A DNA stretch of 64,000 nucleotides from the human T2T-CHM13v2.0 reference genome, Homo sapiens (GCF_009914755.1 NC_060944.1); one strand, 5' to 3'; shown: positions 44,623-58,988, counted from the stretch's first letter. The notes: a model not told the origin generated them from the sequence alone. Made by a program: numbers and translations.

Positions 44623-46065
44623 AATGCTGATCAGAAACAGTGATGTGAACCGTCCGGAACATCTGTGCACTAGCCAATAAATGATTGAATATTGATAAGC
44701 CATTGATAATTGATTATTCAACATACAGAATCAGTAGCAAAGCATTTTCTTGTCTAATTTGATGAGGAATTAGCATCTTTCTATTCTAATCATAAGAGCA
44801 TTAAAAATTATATTGTTCCTTTTTCCCAGTGGTTGCCAGGAAGCTCATATACGAAGTGAATGGTTAATCACAGTAGCCATTCTAATTTTTATCATTAAGA
44901 TATTTGCTTTATCCTCCTTTTTAAGCTTTTTTTATTTATTTCCATTATATATCACCTTAAATCTTTTTGTAGCTAAAGGTGGAATATCAATTTTTTTAAT
45001 TGCATGTTTAAAGCCATAACCCTGGCCTGCTTGATAGATACTTTAGAAATGTTATATCCACCAGTGGCAGGGTGTGAATAGTTAATTGAATCAGCAATTA
45101 AATACATCATTATAGATAATTTCTAGAAAATGTTAAGCTTCAGGACTTTAGCCAAGAATGTATCACCCAGGCAAGTAACATTTCTACTAGAAAATCAGGT
45201 TCTACCATAAATTCAAGGTCTGACTATTGCCATCGGAAGGGTTTCAAGCTTAATATAAACCAGGAATGTTTCTCATCACTCGAATGCATTTGCCAAAGAA
45301 CTTCAACTTCTGTCTCCTTTCCTGTTGAACTTTAAAAACCGGAGAGGCAACTGTCTGTCGAGACTGTTTTGTCTAGAGCAGGGCTGGAGGCAGGAATCCA
45401 GCATTATAAGTTTCAATTCTTGGTCCTCAACTCAAAGCTTTGGGAAGCACCTTCATTGTACCCTGTTAATCACAAAATTAACTTAAAACTAAAAGAGTCT
45501 GTCTTCTCTTTGCTTCCTACAAAGCAGGATGTATGGGGGCGGTGATTATACACAGACCCCAGGACTGTATTTCTGTGATCTAGCATCGAAAACCATTTAT
45601 GGCTGAATTTAACTCCGGAAAGCCCTGCTTTCTCTTTTCTTCTGATCCTCCATATCAATATCAGTCTGATGACTCTGGCATTTACTGGCACAGCTGACCG
45701 TAAACACACTGCAGCCATTAACCAGAAATCACCCACATGTGGGATTTGGTCATAAACATGGGCCTTGCGTCTAGACTAATTATATGGATAATGGTTGTGG
45801 GGGGCGGGGGAGGGCGTAAAAAGAGGAAGAATGCCAAAATCTGGAAGATATTCTAGGTAGTTTTCCGTAACTTTTCTAAAAACAAAGAAATCAGCTAAAA
45901 ACAGCAAGCACTTTATTTTTTAATAATATAACTAATAGGCATCCACTGGAGGAAAAGAAAGAGAAAGAGAGAGAGAGAGAGACAGGGAGGACAGAGCCAG
46001 GCCAATGTTAATTTGTATCACTAACATTTTGGGACACTTTAAGGTTTACTACAAAAATTCTAGAT

Positions 46066-46280
46066 CAGGGTTGATACACTGAAACCCTCAGGCCAAATCC
46101 AACCCACTGCCTGTTTTATAAATAAAGTTTTATTGGAACACAGCCATGTCCATTTGTTTACATGTTATCTATGGCTAATTTCACGATACAATGGCAGAGT
46201 TACAGAGACCATATGGTATGCAAAGCCTAAAATATTTCTTTATTATCTGCCCCTTTCCAGAATAAGTTTGCCAGCTCCTG
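46066..46280. mobile_element. MER58A
   Basis: CAGGG...CCTG ends; AATAAAGTTTTATTGGAACACAGCC; near-TSD TTCTAGAT/ATCTAGAC. Confidence 0.88.
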
Positions 46281-46329
46281 ATCTAGACTTTTTTGTCTCT
46301 ACATATTTATCTTTTACATAGTCTTTCAA

Positions 46330-46490
46330 CTTTTTTTTAACCTTTTGGCTTGAAATAATTATAGATTCATAAGAAGTGCAAGGAAATGTAAGAAGAAGCC
46401 CAGTGCACCCTTTCCGAAGCTTCCCCCAGTGCTTGCATAACTATAGGGCAATAACAAAGCCAAAGCTAGTTCAGATTTCACCAGTTCACC
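46330..46490 (-). mobile_element. Old L1M 3'-end fragment
   Basis: TGAAATAATTATAGATTCATAAGAAG...CAGATTTCACCAGTT. Confidence 0.65.
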
Positions 46491-47172
46491 TGCCATCATT
46501 TGAGGTGATATGTAGGCTTTTTAAACATAAAAGGGGTATGAAATACAATGCCTTTAACGTTAAGAGTGATAATAATGAGAAGCCTTCAATTGACAGACTG
46601 AAGAGAAAGAAACGTGAATACGGTTAGTGCAGCCTGAGAATCTCCTAAGAGTCCGATATGATCCAACAGTCCTAAGAAAACCAGAACTATTTCCTCTGTA
46701 CCAGTAGTCACTCCTAAGTCATAACAGCCAGGACATTTAGGTGGAGATTGTATGTTTTATTTTCTCCTAAACTTATAATCCTCTCTACTTTCCTTCTTCT
46801 GCATCCCCATCATCTTGACACTAAAAAAAGAAAAAGAAAGACAGAAAATGTGTGCATGAAATGTGACCAGGGAATCAAAGATGACAGAGCTTTGATAAGG
46901 TCCAGAAAGTCTCAGCCCCTCCAAAGCAAGCGATTAAAGAGAAAGGTGACGTTCGGTTTATTCAAATATGTTTATCTGACATCTGTCTGGGTTTCATCTG
47001 AAGTGTGTAGGCTCCTTCTGGATCCTTCCCCACAAGAGCCTGGCTTCAGTATCATACACTTTGCGTGGGATGAAGTTCTCAAGCCTCAACAGCTAAGGAA
47101 ATCTGCCAGGGTGTCTGGCAAACTGTGTAAGAGGGAGAAACACCCCAGCTCTGAATTCAGCCTGCTGTGAAT

Positions 47173-47200
47173 TATATTATAACCAACTGGTTATAATATA
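47173..47200. repeat. Perfect 13-bp inverted repeat with 2-nt spacer
   Basis: TATATTATAACCA-AC-TGGTTATAATATA. Confidence 0.95.
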
Positions 47201-48274
47201 TGGACAGAGTTACCAGGTGTCTATGCGGGATTTGGATGTACTAATGTTTGCTTGTGTTGAGTGAGGCTGGGCTAATGAGCCTCGGTTACAGGTGTTTGGG
47301 AGAAGTATGAATACAGTTGGTAGGGCATAGTGATAAAGCTTTGCTCTGTTTTGTTTTTAACAAAGGCTACTTAAGAAGCTGGAATTATAAAGCATTGTGG
47401 TCTGAGAAATTTATAGGGCAGCTTGAACGGAAGGTAGTAACTAACCAGGGAGAAGCCACGGAAAGCTCTGAATCCTCTCCTGGACACCAGAGGGTGTGCC
47501 AGAAAAGCAGGCAAAAACCGAGGTGCTTGGTTCTTCTTCCGGGACCTGGTGGGGGCCAGGAGATTTAATGTGAGGGAGCACAGCCGGGCCAGGGGGAACC
47601 AAAATCCTGATACCAGGTGGCACCGCCAACCATGCACGACCTCTGAGGGGAGAGGGGAGAGGGCCAACAGGAAAGCCAGGCAGGAGCCAGAAGAATGAGG
47701 AGCACAAAAGAGCCAGGCGTAGAGAATGGACAGTAGGTGTCAGACCCTGGTGTGTGTGGGAGAAGTGACCACCATGGCTCAACGGAAGTCAGTCCCTCAG
47801 CCAGATGATGAATATTCACTGAATTCCTGCTGCATTAGTCAGAGTCCCCTAAGGAGACAGATGGCAAACTCAGATTAGGAAAAGGGTTATGACAAGCAGA
47901 ATGTTTTCCTGGGTGGAGTCGGGGCATGTGAGAGAACCACAGGGACAGGGCAGGAACCCCTTCCTGGTGGCGGCAGAGCTCTTGACACCTCTGGGCTTGA
48001 TGGGCCAAGGGGAATGGATGATGTTTGGAATCTGCAAATAGAAAGTCATTTGGAGAGAAGGGACAGTGACTCTCGGTCAGGGGTTGGAACAAGCTTGAGG
48101 GAAGTGTGCAGGGATGGAGCCAGGAGGACAGAGACTCCATCTTCACTGCCCTCCTCTGGGGTCCCATTCACTGAATACATCTGAAGCCAGAGGGCAAGGA
48201 GGCCTCCTGTGCAGAAGGCAGGGTGGGGAAGGGCAGATGAACTGGAGCGCACCCCACTGAAGATTCTGGCATGG

Positions 48275-48690
48275 CTACCACATGCCAGGCACTGTGCTGA
48301 GCCTGGGACTCACCCTGCCGAAGCCTGAAGGCAAAACAAATCATCATGACTGAGCTAAAGCCATGAAGAGGCCCCAGTGCTCTGGAATCACCTAACAAAA
48401 ACAGCTCCTAGCCTAGTCTTGGAGGTCCAGAAAGATGCCTCTAAGGCTTGGGCATTAGCTATGGAAAGAACAAAGAAGAATGTCAAAGGCAAAGGCAACA
48501 GCATGTTCAAAGGTCCTGGGGTGCAACACAGCATGTTTCAAGTCAGAGGGGAAAAGGCAAGAAGAATGAAAAAGACGATGGCAGAACACAGGGCCTGATC
48601 ACACGAGGCCCTGTGGCTTTTTAAGGAATTCACACATGATCCTGTGGGGGATGAGGAGAACCCAAAGTATTTTAAATGCAGAATGGATTT
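48275..48690 (-). mobile_element. L2
   Basis: ATGCCAGGCACTGTGCTGAG...GGCAACAGCATGTTCAAAGG. Confidence 0.65.
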
Positions 48691-49519
48691 TAAAGGGTTT
48701 GTGTGTGTATGTGCACATACATGCAGGCACGCATGTGTTTGGAGTGGTGTGTGAAGCTGAAAGCCAAATGGAATGACGAGGCGAAACTGGAGATGTCTAA
48801 GAAGCCCGAGTGTGCTAAGCTAGTTCAGGCTAGATTCAGGAGGAATCAGCTTGTGTACCAACTTTTTCCTTTTCTTGTGTAGTTTGCACTGAGAGATCTT
48901 TAGCTGCAAGATGAGAAGGCGCAGAGACCTGATGCCTATTTTCAAATCCTGGCAGATGCATTATAAGAAAGGGGGACTCAATTTGTTTTGTACAGACTGT
49001 TCCTTCAAGAACACTGGCATGCAAAACCTACTGCATCTGGTGCCAGCCCAGCCACTACCACCTCTTCTTTTACTCCTTCTGACAGGCCGAGATCCTTCCT
49101 TCTTTCAGCTCCTGTATTAACTACACTGGTGTGTGTGATTCTCTCTCCCAGATCTTCCTGGGGCTGCCTCCTTCTCAGAACTCAGATCTCAACTCAGAAG
49201 GTATCTCCCTCTTCTATCCCATAAGCTCCATGACATCAAGCATGTCATTTGTCCTGCTCACTCTTATATTACCCTCAGTATCTAGAAAAGAGACACCTAT
49301 GTTGTGGATTCTCATTATTTTGTTGATTGAACAAATATTTATTTAGAGCTTTGCAAAATCTGATTAAACTACCTAGGAAATACTGAGTTTCCTAAACTTG
49401 GAGGTAAAGAAGTAGGGACAAGTTGGTTAGAGAGAGCATTGAGTTATAAAAGAGGCTAGATCGCAGATTGAAAACACAATTAGAGGCCTTTGAAGAACAA
49501 TCTATTAAGCAGATTTTGA

Positions 49520-49899
<380 letters not shown>

Positions 49900-50821
49900 T
49901 GCCAAGCGTGGTTTCAAACCCTTGAGCTACATAGCTCTTATGTTTCCTTCCTCCTAGGATGCAGCGACTGCATCTCTAGCATGGGCAGGAAGGTGACTCT
50001 TGCATCTCCACTTGGTAACAGACAAAAGCCTGCATCTCAAGGGCCAGATCACTGGGAGACAAATCTCTAGGCTGGAGACTTCAAAATGGCAGTCTAGATA
50101 ATTCAGACCACAGATTGGTGCACATGATATTTGCAATGTTCTGGAATTAGTGGCCAAAGTCTGTTGACTACATGCAGATATTCCCACACATCAGAACATC
50201 TGTTCATCCTGGGCCCACATTCTCTCATTCTTCCATGTATTCATTCATTGTGTTGATATAATGGAGAGCAAAGTAGACACCAATGTTGCCCTAAGGAGCT
50301 TGTGTTCTAAGGGTAAGACACAGATAAAAAGTAAGTCATGGAATGTATCAGATAGTAAGCCCTGAGAAAAATAAAGAGAGAAAAAAACAACAGCTCGTGG
50401 GAGGGGGTTAGGGGAGGTCAAGGGATACAGTGTTTCCCAGGATGGTTGGAGAGGGCCTCACTGTGAAAGGAGTCATCTGAGCTAAGGTCTGAGGAGGTGA
50501 AAGTGAAAGCCACACAGACATTGGGGAAGGAGCATTCTAAGTGGGGGAACAGCAAGTGCACAGGCCCTGAGGTGGGAGCATGCCTGGTATGTTCTAAATG
50601 GGGGAACCCTAAGGGGGTCTGCATGGCTGAAGCAGGATGGGGGAGGCAGGGCACTGCGGTCAAAGAGAAAATGTGGGGAGTGAAGGGTCCGACCGGCAAT
50701 TGCACTTCCAGTGTGCGGCCAAGGGGAGAAGCACTGATTTGGGGCCTTGTAGAGATAGTATAAAGAACTTGCCTTCTACTAAGTGAAATGGATTTTGAAC
50801 AGAGGAGTGACGTGGATTTAC

Positions 50822-51125
50822 TTTTTTTTTTTCTAATTTAAAAAAAATTTTTTTTTGAGGCAGAGTCTCGCTCTGTCGCCCAGGCTGGAGTGCAGTGGCG
50901 CACTGCAACCTCCGCCTCCTGGGTTCAAGCGATTCTCTTGCCTCAGCCTCCCGAGTGGCTGGGACTACAGGCATGCACCACCACGCCTGGCTAATTTTTG
51001 TATTTTTAGTAGAGACTGGGTTTCACCATATTAGCCAGGCTGGTCTCGAACTCCTGACCTTATGATCCACCAGCCTCGGCCTCTCAAAGTGCTGGGATTA
51101 CAGGTGTGAGCCACCACGCCCAGCC
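50822..51125 (-). mobile_element. AluS (Sg-like)
   Basis: Reverse dimer with a small internal deletion (GGCGCACTGCAACC). Confidence 0.95.
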
Positions 51126-51248
51126 AGATGTACTATTTTTAAAGAATCCTGTGTTGAGAATAAACTATGAGTAGGCACGAGTATTTGCCCAGAGGCCAGT
51201 TAGGAGGCTGTTGCAATAACCCAGGTGAGAGACGACCATGCCTTGGAC

Positions 51249-51438
51249 CAGTGGTTCTCAAAACGGGGTTCTTAAGCAAGCAGCGTCAGCATCGCCTGGA
51301 CCGTTTTCTTAAAGCAAACTTTTTGGCCTCACCAGAGACCTACTAAACCAGAAACTCTGAGGATGGAGCCAGCAACCTGTGTTCAAATCAAGCCTTGAGT
51401 TGGTTCTGATGCACAGTGAGATTTGAGATCCACCACTG
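51249..51438. mobile_element. MER5A
   Basis: CAGTGGTTCTCAAA...CCACTG TIRs; perfect 8-bp TSD CCTTGGAC. Confidence 0.92.
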
Positions 51439-52859
51439 CCTTGGACAAAGATGGTCATCATGGAAGTGGTGAAAGGGCTTGGTTCTGTATGTTTTAAAGG
51501 TAGACTTGGACAATAGGGAAAGGCTAAATAGACTGGGTCCCTAAAGACAGGATCAGACTTCTCCAGTTTGCCACTGGCCCCACTCAGTCCTTTCTGTTCC
51601 TCTCTGGACCCTGTAGGCATTTGTCTTTGCCCTCTGCCCCAGACTCCTGGATGAGAGAGGTAGAAAACTCAATGGTGGGAATCCCACAAACTTCTGTTAG
51701 GAAAATTGCCTTGGGTCATTTCCTTTTGCATATCGGAAGAATCATCTCAATCATTCGTTTGCAAGTGTGACAAGGGAAAAGTGAAATGTCTGTACTGAGG
51801 CTTTGGGGAAGGGTGAGAAGGGTGTTGAGGAAGGGAAGGAACAAATGAGCTCATGGTTTCCTTTTTCCAATCTGGCTCTCCTTTCCCAGAGGGAATACTC
51901 AGGGAACCTGCTGTTACTTCTCACAAGCACTAGAAAAAAATCACTTCCCAACCTCATCTGCCAGGCGGCAAAATCTTAGCTGTGAACTGCAGTTCCAAAA
52001 TGTGACTCTTATTAAACATCGCTATCACATTAAGCCCAGACAGTGACCTACTCTGTCGCCTGAAAGAATCCGCAATTAACATGGGGAGTCTAATCAGGAT
52101 ATTAACGAGTCTGGTTTTGAATTCCTATAATATTTTCATCAGTTTTTTAAAAAACTCATTTCAACCTGCATTAAGCTTGGCAAGTGGATTCTGTGGGGTG
52201 AAAAGCGACAGGATTTGGGAAAGCTTATATTTTCTCATCAGGTAAAATGCAAGCATATGGAAGATTCAGTTTGTTTTAAAAGAAACCTTCATTAAGAAAT
52301 GAAAGGTTGAGCCTGTGACCACTTTGTTACAGGGTGGCTGAGCTGCAGGAGAGAAGGTGAGGGCATCAGGAAGAGAAAGTACACTGCCAAGAAAGGCTGA
52401 GAAATTCTACCACGTCTCCTTTCCAGGACTGGTTATTTCATAGCTTCACGCCCAGGGAAATCACACATGCAAATCGGACACTCCAAAATACACAGCAGAT
52501 TAAATCAAGTCAATATTTGGTCTGTAGCTAGTATATTTTATTAAACCTAAGAAGCTGCAGATTATAAGATGTGTCATTATTTAGGACCCTTTCCATGAAT
52601 AAAACAAAAAGAAGAATGCCCTGAATTCATTGTAAGATCTCATTGATTGGAAGATGCATTCTGATTTTAGTGATATTAAGATGTCTGAGGATGGAGCATC
52701 CAAGCTGGTGGGTAAGCACAGTGAGGCCAACACACACCCATGTTCTTTCCACCTCTTTCTGCTCCGTCAGCCTTAGCTTCCATGTCTTGTTCTTGTGTCT
52801 GTGTTACGATGGTAGATACAACTTCATGCCTCACGTGCACTGTGCAAGAGGAAGGAGAG

Positions 52860-53515
52860 TGTAATCAGCCAGGACTTTAACAGAGAAGGCACAGGACCAG
52901 TTGAAGATATCTTCTCGCTTTCTCTCTATATATATGCATATGTATATAATGTATTATATATATGAATAGATGTGTGCATATACGTATATGTGTGTATACA
53001 TACACACACTCATACATTCCACACTTGAGTAAATACATACAAGTGCATATGCATATTTATATAATGTATTATATATATGAATAGATGTGTGCATATACCT
53101 ATATATGTGTATACATACACTCATACATTCCACACTTGAGTAAATACATACAAGTGTGTATACATATATACAGAAAGCAAGAGAGAGAATGAGATTTATA
53201 CTGTTGTGCAGCATGGCTGGGCAAGGCTGACACCTGCAGGGCTGGCCAGCAAGGTGGAAGCTCACAGATAGGAGCTGAACTTGTCAATCCACAGGCAGAA
53301 TGTCTTCCTCAGGAAAAGCTCCGTTTGGGCCTTATTCAACGGATTGAATTCTCCCTGCATGCATTGTTGAAGATAATCTCCTTTGCTTAAAGTCAATTTC
53401 TTATGGACTTTCATCACATCTAGAAAACACGTTCACAGCAACACCTAGATAATTACTGGTTGAATACTGTGGGACTGTTGCCTTGCCATGTTGACACATA
53501 AAACCAACCATCACA
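52860..53515 (-). mobile_element. MLT2 (ERVL) solo LTR
   Basis: TTAAAGTCAA...TTCACAGCAACACCTAGA...TTGACACATAAAACCAACCATCACA terminus; AT-rich expansion at the usual MLT2 site. Confidence 0.8.
52932..53156. repeat. ~115-bp tandem duplication in AT/CA-rich sequence
   Basis: Units 52932-53045 and 53047-53156 share CATACATTCCACACTTGAGTAAATACATACAAGTG. Confidence 0.92.
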
Positions 53516-54659
53516 AAGGGTGCCATGATTTTTTTAAAAAGTCCCTTCTAACAAGGTTTTGCCTTTTTCATTAGAGAAGGACCCATTCTCTGTATGTTTC
53601 ATTGGACGGAACTGTCACATGACCACCCCTGGTTACCACAGAGGCTGGAGCTGGAGTATGTTGTTCCTCAGCCACTCTAGGAGGGATATACCCAGGGATG
53701 TCAGCTGTGAGTGGATGCTGAGTGAGCCAATCCATAGGATCTTCCATGACCTAGTTACTGAACATCTAATGAGTACAAGAGGCTGAACAACCACGTGTGG
53801 CTCAGATTCGATTCTTGTTAATCATTACCAAAGATAATTAAATAACATTGACTCCCAACGTGAAAAACTCATTTCCCTTCCATGCGTGGCAGCTGAAACT
53901 GCTTTTTGATGTAGAGTAGGGCTATAAAATGCCTTTTAAAGTGTTTAAGCTAAAATGGAAACCCTGTTAAAGAAAAATATTTAGAAAGTGCCTTGGTACT
54001 AATTGTACGCTAGAGCAGACATTGGGAAACTGTCATGTGAGTTGCTTAGTCATGAATCACTGATTGGAATATGGTTCTTCAGTGCTTCCCCTGGCTAAAG
54101 CACAGGCTCAAAGCTATGTTGTCCATGTCCCTGGCCAGGCAGCATGAGACGTGTTCATGAGGAAGTTAGAAAACCTCTCTGACCCTCCATCTCCTCACCT
54201 GCAGAGCAGGGACACACCATAGTGTGTCCATGAAGTCAAACGTGGTCCTGCAAACTCTTTGCAAGGTGCTGGCCTGTCGCAGGCATTCACCAGCCATGAG
54301 GTTATTGTTACTATTCCACCTCATAATTTATCTGAGCAGAGAGAATGTCTTCATAATTCTTTCCACATAAAATTGAAGGGTTTTAGTATAAAAAGAGTGA
54401 TGGGCTGGGTTGGAGGAGGATTTAACCCTGCCAAACCATCATGCTCTCTATCTAACGTGGGATGGTGAGAACAATGGAAACATCGGTGAAGCCCATTCGC
54501 CTCTCCAAGGAGGGTCTCCTATGATGACTGCCTGGGTCCTCCCTACTAGAAAAAGTAACACAATTAGTATTCTCTCTTCCAAAAGGAGTAATTCAGGCAC
54601 TTTATGATTAAATAACTTGTCCCAGGTCAAACAAGTAGTAACTGCCCACACTAACTTGA

Positions 54660-54963
54660 AATCGACAAGGTGACTTTGCCTTCTAGGGGACAGTTGACAA
54701 TGCCTAGAGACATGGTTGATCATGACTTGGAGGGCTGGGGTGGTACTGGCATCTGGCAGATAGACACCAGGGAAGCTGTGGAATGTCCTACAGTGCCTGG
54801 GACAGCCCACCCCCTACAAGAAAGGAGCACCCAGCTCCAAATGTTAAGAGTACTCAGCTCTAAATGTCAGGAGTACTCAGCTCCAAATGTCAGGAGTACT
54901 CAGCTCCAAATGTCAGGAGTACTCAGCTCCAAATGTCAGGAGTACTGAGGGCGAGAAGTCCTG
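54660..54963 (+). mobile_element. MER20 (hAT-Charlie) with internal minisatellite
   Basis: AGGGGACAGTTGACAATG...TACTGGCATCTGG...GACAGCCC...GAGAAGTCCTG. Confidence 0.85.
54832..54946. repeat. 23-bp minisatellite, 5 copies
   Basis: Unit CAGCTCCAAATGTCAGGAGTACT; last three copies identical. Confidence 0.97.
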
Positions 54964-55667
54964 CTCCAGAGTCCCTGTGAGCCTTTCCTCACAGGTTTTC
55001 ATGAGGGTCAGATGAGGCCAGCACTGCGTCAGCGTTCTGTAAACCTCAGGCAGGAGCCAGGCATGCATTGCAGTGATGGGAAGCACTGATGAAGCCTTCT
55101 TAGCAAAGCACAGACGTGTTGGCCAATGCATACATTTAAGAAAGTGGGTTCCAAATTTTCTCTCTCTGAATCATTGGCAAATAACAACAAATGACAAAGA
55201 ATTAAGCTCAGCATTGTCACCAAACTAGCCATGTCACACCTGTAACAGTTAAATACCTCAGTCCACAAGCTTGGGTGCAGAAGAAATCTAACATTCTCTT
55301 ATTTTCTTCACCTGAACTTAATTTATATTTCCAGTCCCTAATCTTAGTGGCAGATACTTCATCTTAGTCAACTCAGGACTCCTTCCTCTTCCAAGAGATA
55401 CAGCTAATACCAGGCCCTATGCAGGGAGTGGTGGGCACATTCAGGCCAGGGAAAGAGGGTTCATTGGCCAAGGTGGCTGCGGAGGCCTGAGTTGTCCCCA
55501 GCCTCAAGCTCTCATAGTATTTTCTGGTGGTCAAGGGCCAGGGCATTACTGGCTGTTCCTGAGCCACTTTGAACCCTGAAAGGCCTCATCATGGCGTATT
55601 CTGCCCTCAAACTTGGGAGACAGCTCCGTCCTTCTCACACTGGGGCACGTGGGAGCTCTGTAAGGTG

Positions 55668-55826
55668 GCCACAGCCAGCTACATGATTTTCAGGGCCCAG
55701 TAAAAAATGAGCATTCAGGATCCCCTGTTCAAATATTAATAGGAATTTCAAGATGGCAAAGTGCATGAAGCCAAGCACAGGACGCTATGCAGTTGCACAG
55801 GTCAAATGCCCATGAAGCTGGCCCTG
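55668..55826 (-). mobile_element. MER45A (hAT-Tip100)
   Basis: GGGCCCAGTAAAAAATGA...GAATTTCAAGATGGC...GCCCATGAAGCTGGCCCTG. Confidence 0.82.
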
Positions 55827-56312
55827 GAATGACCTTCAGGCCCATCTGCTGAGATGCTCCTCTCAGCCACTGTGCTGCCAATCCTCCCCTCCTGCACTGG
55901 AGCCCAGGAAAGCTGGGGGACTCGCTGCTCTCCTGGGCACTGCTGGAGGAAGGGATGCAGGTTATTGCTACTCCTAAATCCACGCAAAACTTTTAGGATT
56001 TGTATCATCTCCCCTTCCTCTGGAACACCAGGCAGCATCTCACTTCCCAGCCCACCTGCAGCTCTCATCTGCCCCCCAAATCCCAATGTGTGTCTGCTCA
56101 GGCCCAGCAGGGAACACCTGTGCTTTACTCATGCCTTTTCCTTTGTCTGAGTTGTCTCAAGAATCTTGCTTTTGCAAAAATTGCATCTATTCAACTCAAA
56201 TTCCTTTTCTTTGATTTTTGGTGTGATCATCTCTTTCCAGAAGCAATAAATGCCAATGCCTGGTGGGGGGAAGAGCAGCCAATGCAGGAATGCTAGGATA
56301 AAACAAGGTGAC

Positions 56313-56638
<326 letters not shown>

Positions 56639-57179
56639 CTAAAACAAGGTGATTTTTCAAAAAATTATTGCACAATGTGCAATGAGCCCTATATCATCAT
56701 CCTTTCAAAATATTCTACACAGGTTATTTCCAAAGACAAAGAAACTCAGTGGGGATTGCATGGGAGAAACTGTGTTGCGCACTCCTATGAAGGATCCCCA
56801 TGTAGCCTTCACAGTTTCACTTAGATTCTGTCTCTTCCAGGACGTCCTCTCTTATTTCACCTAACTTGGGCTAGTTCGTCCTTCTGAAGCTCCTGTAATG
56901 TAACAGCTGTGCCTCTAGCCCTCTCTTTCTCTCTTCTTTGTCTTGTAGACATGAGAGACAGCAGTGAGTAATGGGACAATCACCAAGCATGGGAGAGGGA
57001 CAAAGGTGGGGTAGGCCCTGCATCTGTGTTCGCTTGGACAAGCTGCCTGAGTTCTCCAGACATCAACTCCTCAATCTGAAAAAAATTGAGCGCAATTATT
57101 CCTACCTGCTGGCTTGTTGGTGGCTGTGCTTGCCATTGTCATTTTAATTTTTGTTATTACTGTTGTATAAGTTTTAGGT

Positions 57180-57320
57180 CTGCTATTAGATTTAGGATCC
57201 TTCAGGCCAAGACTTTATTGACCTTTGTGTTCCTAGCCCCCTTCTATGCCAGCATAGAGGACAGTCCCTGGCACATAGTAGATGCTCAATAGTATTTGTC
57301 GGGGCAGTGAGTAAATTCCC
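57180..57320 (+). mobile_element. L2 3' end
   Basis: CCTGGCACATAGTAGATGCTCAATAGTATTTG. Confidence 0.75.
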
Positions 57321-57489
57321 TGCCTCAGTTTGCTTGTCCTTGAGGAGGTAGATACAAAATCAGAACTCACAGCTTCCCTTATCCACCTCCGATCGCCAGC
57401 CTTCCAGAGCATTTGCTGAGCTCACCACCAGGGAACGAATACAACAACATTGATTGCGATGCTGAGTTGTGCCAGACTCTGTGCTAAGG

Positions 57490-57601
57490 TTGGAGTGACC
57501 AATAATCCCAGTTTGCCTGAGACTGAGGGATTTCCTGGGACATAAAATTGTCAGTCCTAAAACTGGGATAATCACAGAAGGAGGAACAGGTTGGCCACCC
57601 T
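57490..57601. mobile_element. MER81 (hAT-Blackjack)
   Basis: GTGACCAA...CCCAGTTTGCCTGAGACTGAGGG...TTGGCCACCCT; 8-bp TSD TGCTAAGG. Confidence 0.82.
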
Positions 57602-57629
57602 TGCTAAGGCTTTTCATGCATTATCTCTT

Positions 57630-58525
<896 letters not shown>

Positions 58526-58669
58526 ATTTAATCCTCATATAAACCTTAAAGAATGAACACTATTGTTCCATTTTACCAATGGGGTTGCTGACGCTTACGT
58601 CCGGTATAACCAGTAAAGGGTTGAATGGTAATTTGAGTTTCCACTGGGGGCAATGATTCCTTAATAACA

Positions 58670-58900
58670 TCAATTCATAGTAAGTATTATCTTCAGTGCT
58701 TGTTCTGTCTCAAGTACCCTGCAAAGAAGCCCGTCCCTATTGTATTCTTTCATCCTCATAAGCACAGCACTGTAGACACTCACGTATGCCCATTTTACAG
58801 ATAAGGAAACCAAGGCCAAGAAAGGTTAAGTCTCTGGCTCAAGTCATGAAACTGATGGAAGAATGTAGACCCCAATCCAGGGCCTCTGCAATCTTTATGC
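58670..58900 (-). mobile_element. MIR
   Basis: CCCATTTTACAGATAAGGAAACCAAGGCCAAGAAAGGTTAAG. Confidence 0.8.
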
Positions 58901-58988
58901 TCTGTCTTTCTAGGAAATACTTTCTCCCTATTAAAGATTGACCCATTTGGAGGAATATTTTCTCCCTTCTGCTGTGGAACATCTACAG

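Larger units (their letters stand above)
50230..51520 (-). mobile_element. L2a relic hosting an Alu and a MER5A
   Basis: GGGAACAGCAAGTGCACAGGCCCTGAGGTGGGA; AGGCCAGTTAGGAGGCTGTTGCAATAACCCAGGTGAGAGA; collinear across both inserts. Confidence 0.85.
52570..53750 (-). mobile_element. MLT1K-like LTR interrupted by an MLT2 LTR
   Basis: End landmark GGATGCTGAGTGAGCCAA; TCATTGGACGGAACTGTCACATG; left boundary uncertain. Confidence 0.5.

Noticed and set aside
47605-47630. CTCF site (TACCAGGTGGCACC)
   Set aside because: It lacks the 5' CC of the core motif and is only a partial match.
54832-54946. CRISPR-like array or repeat protein (ORF 54670-54948)
   Set aside because: Units are head-to-tail without spacers, lie inside MER20, and the 23-bp period is not a codon multiple.
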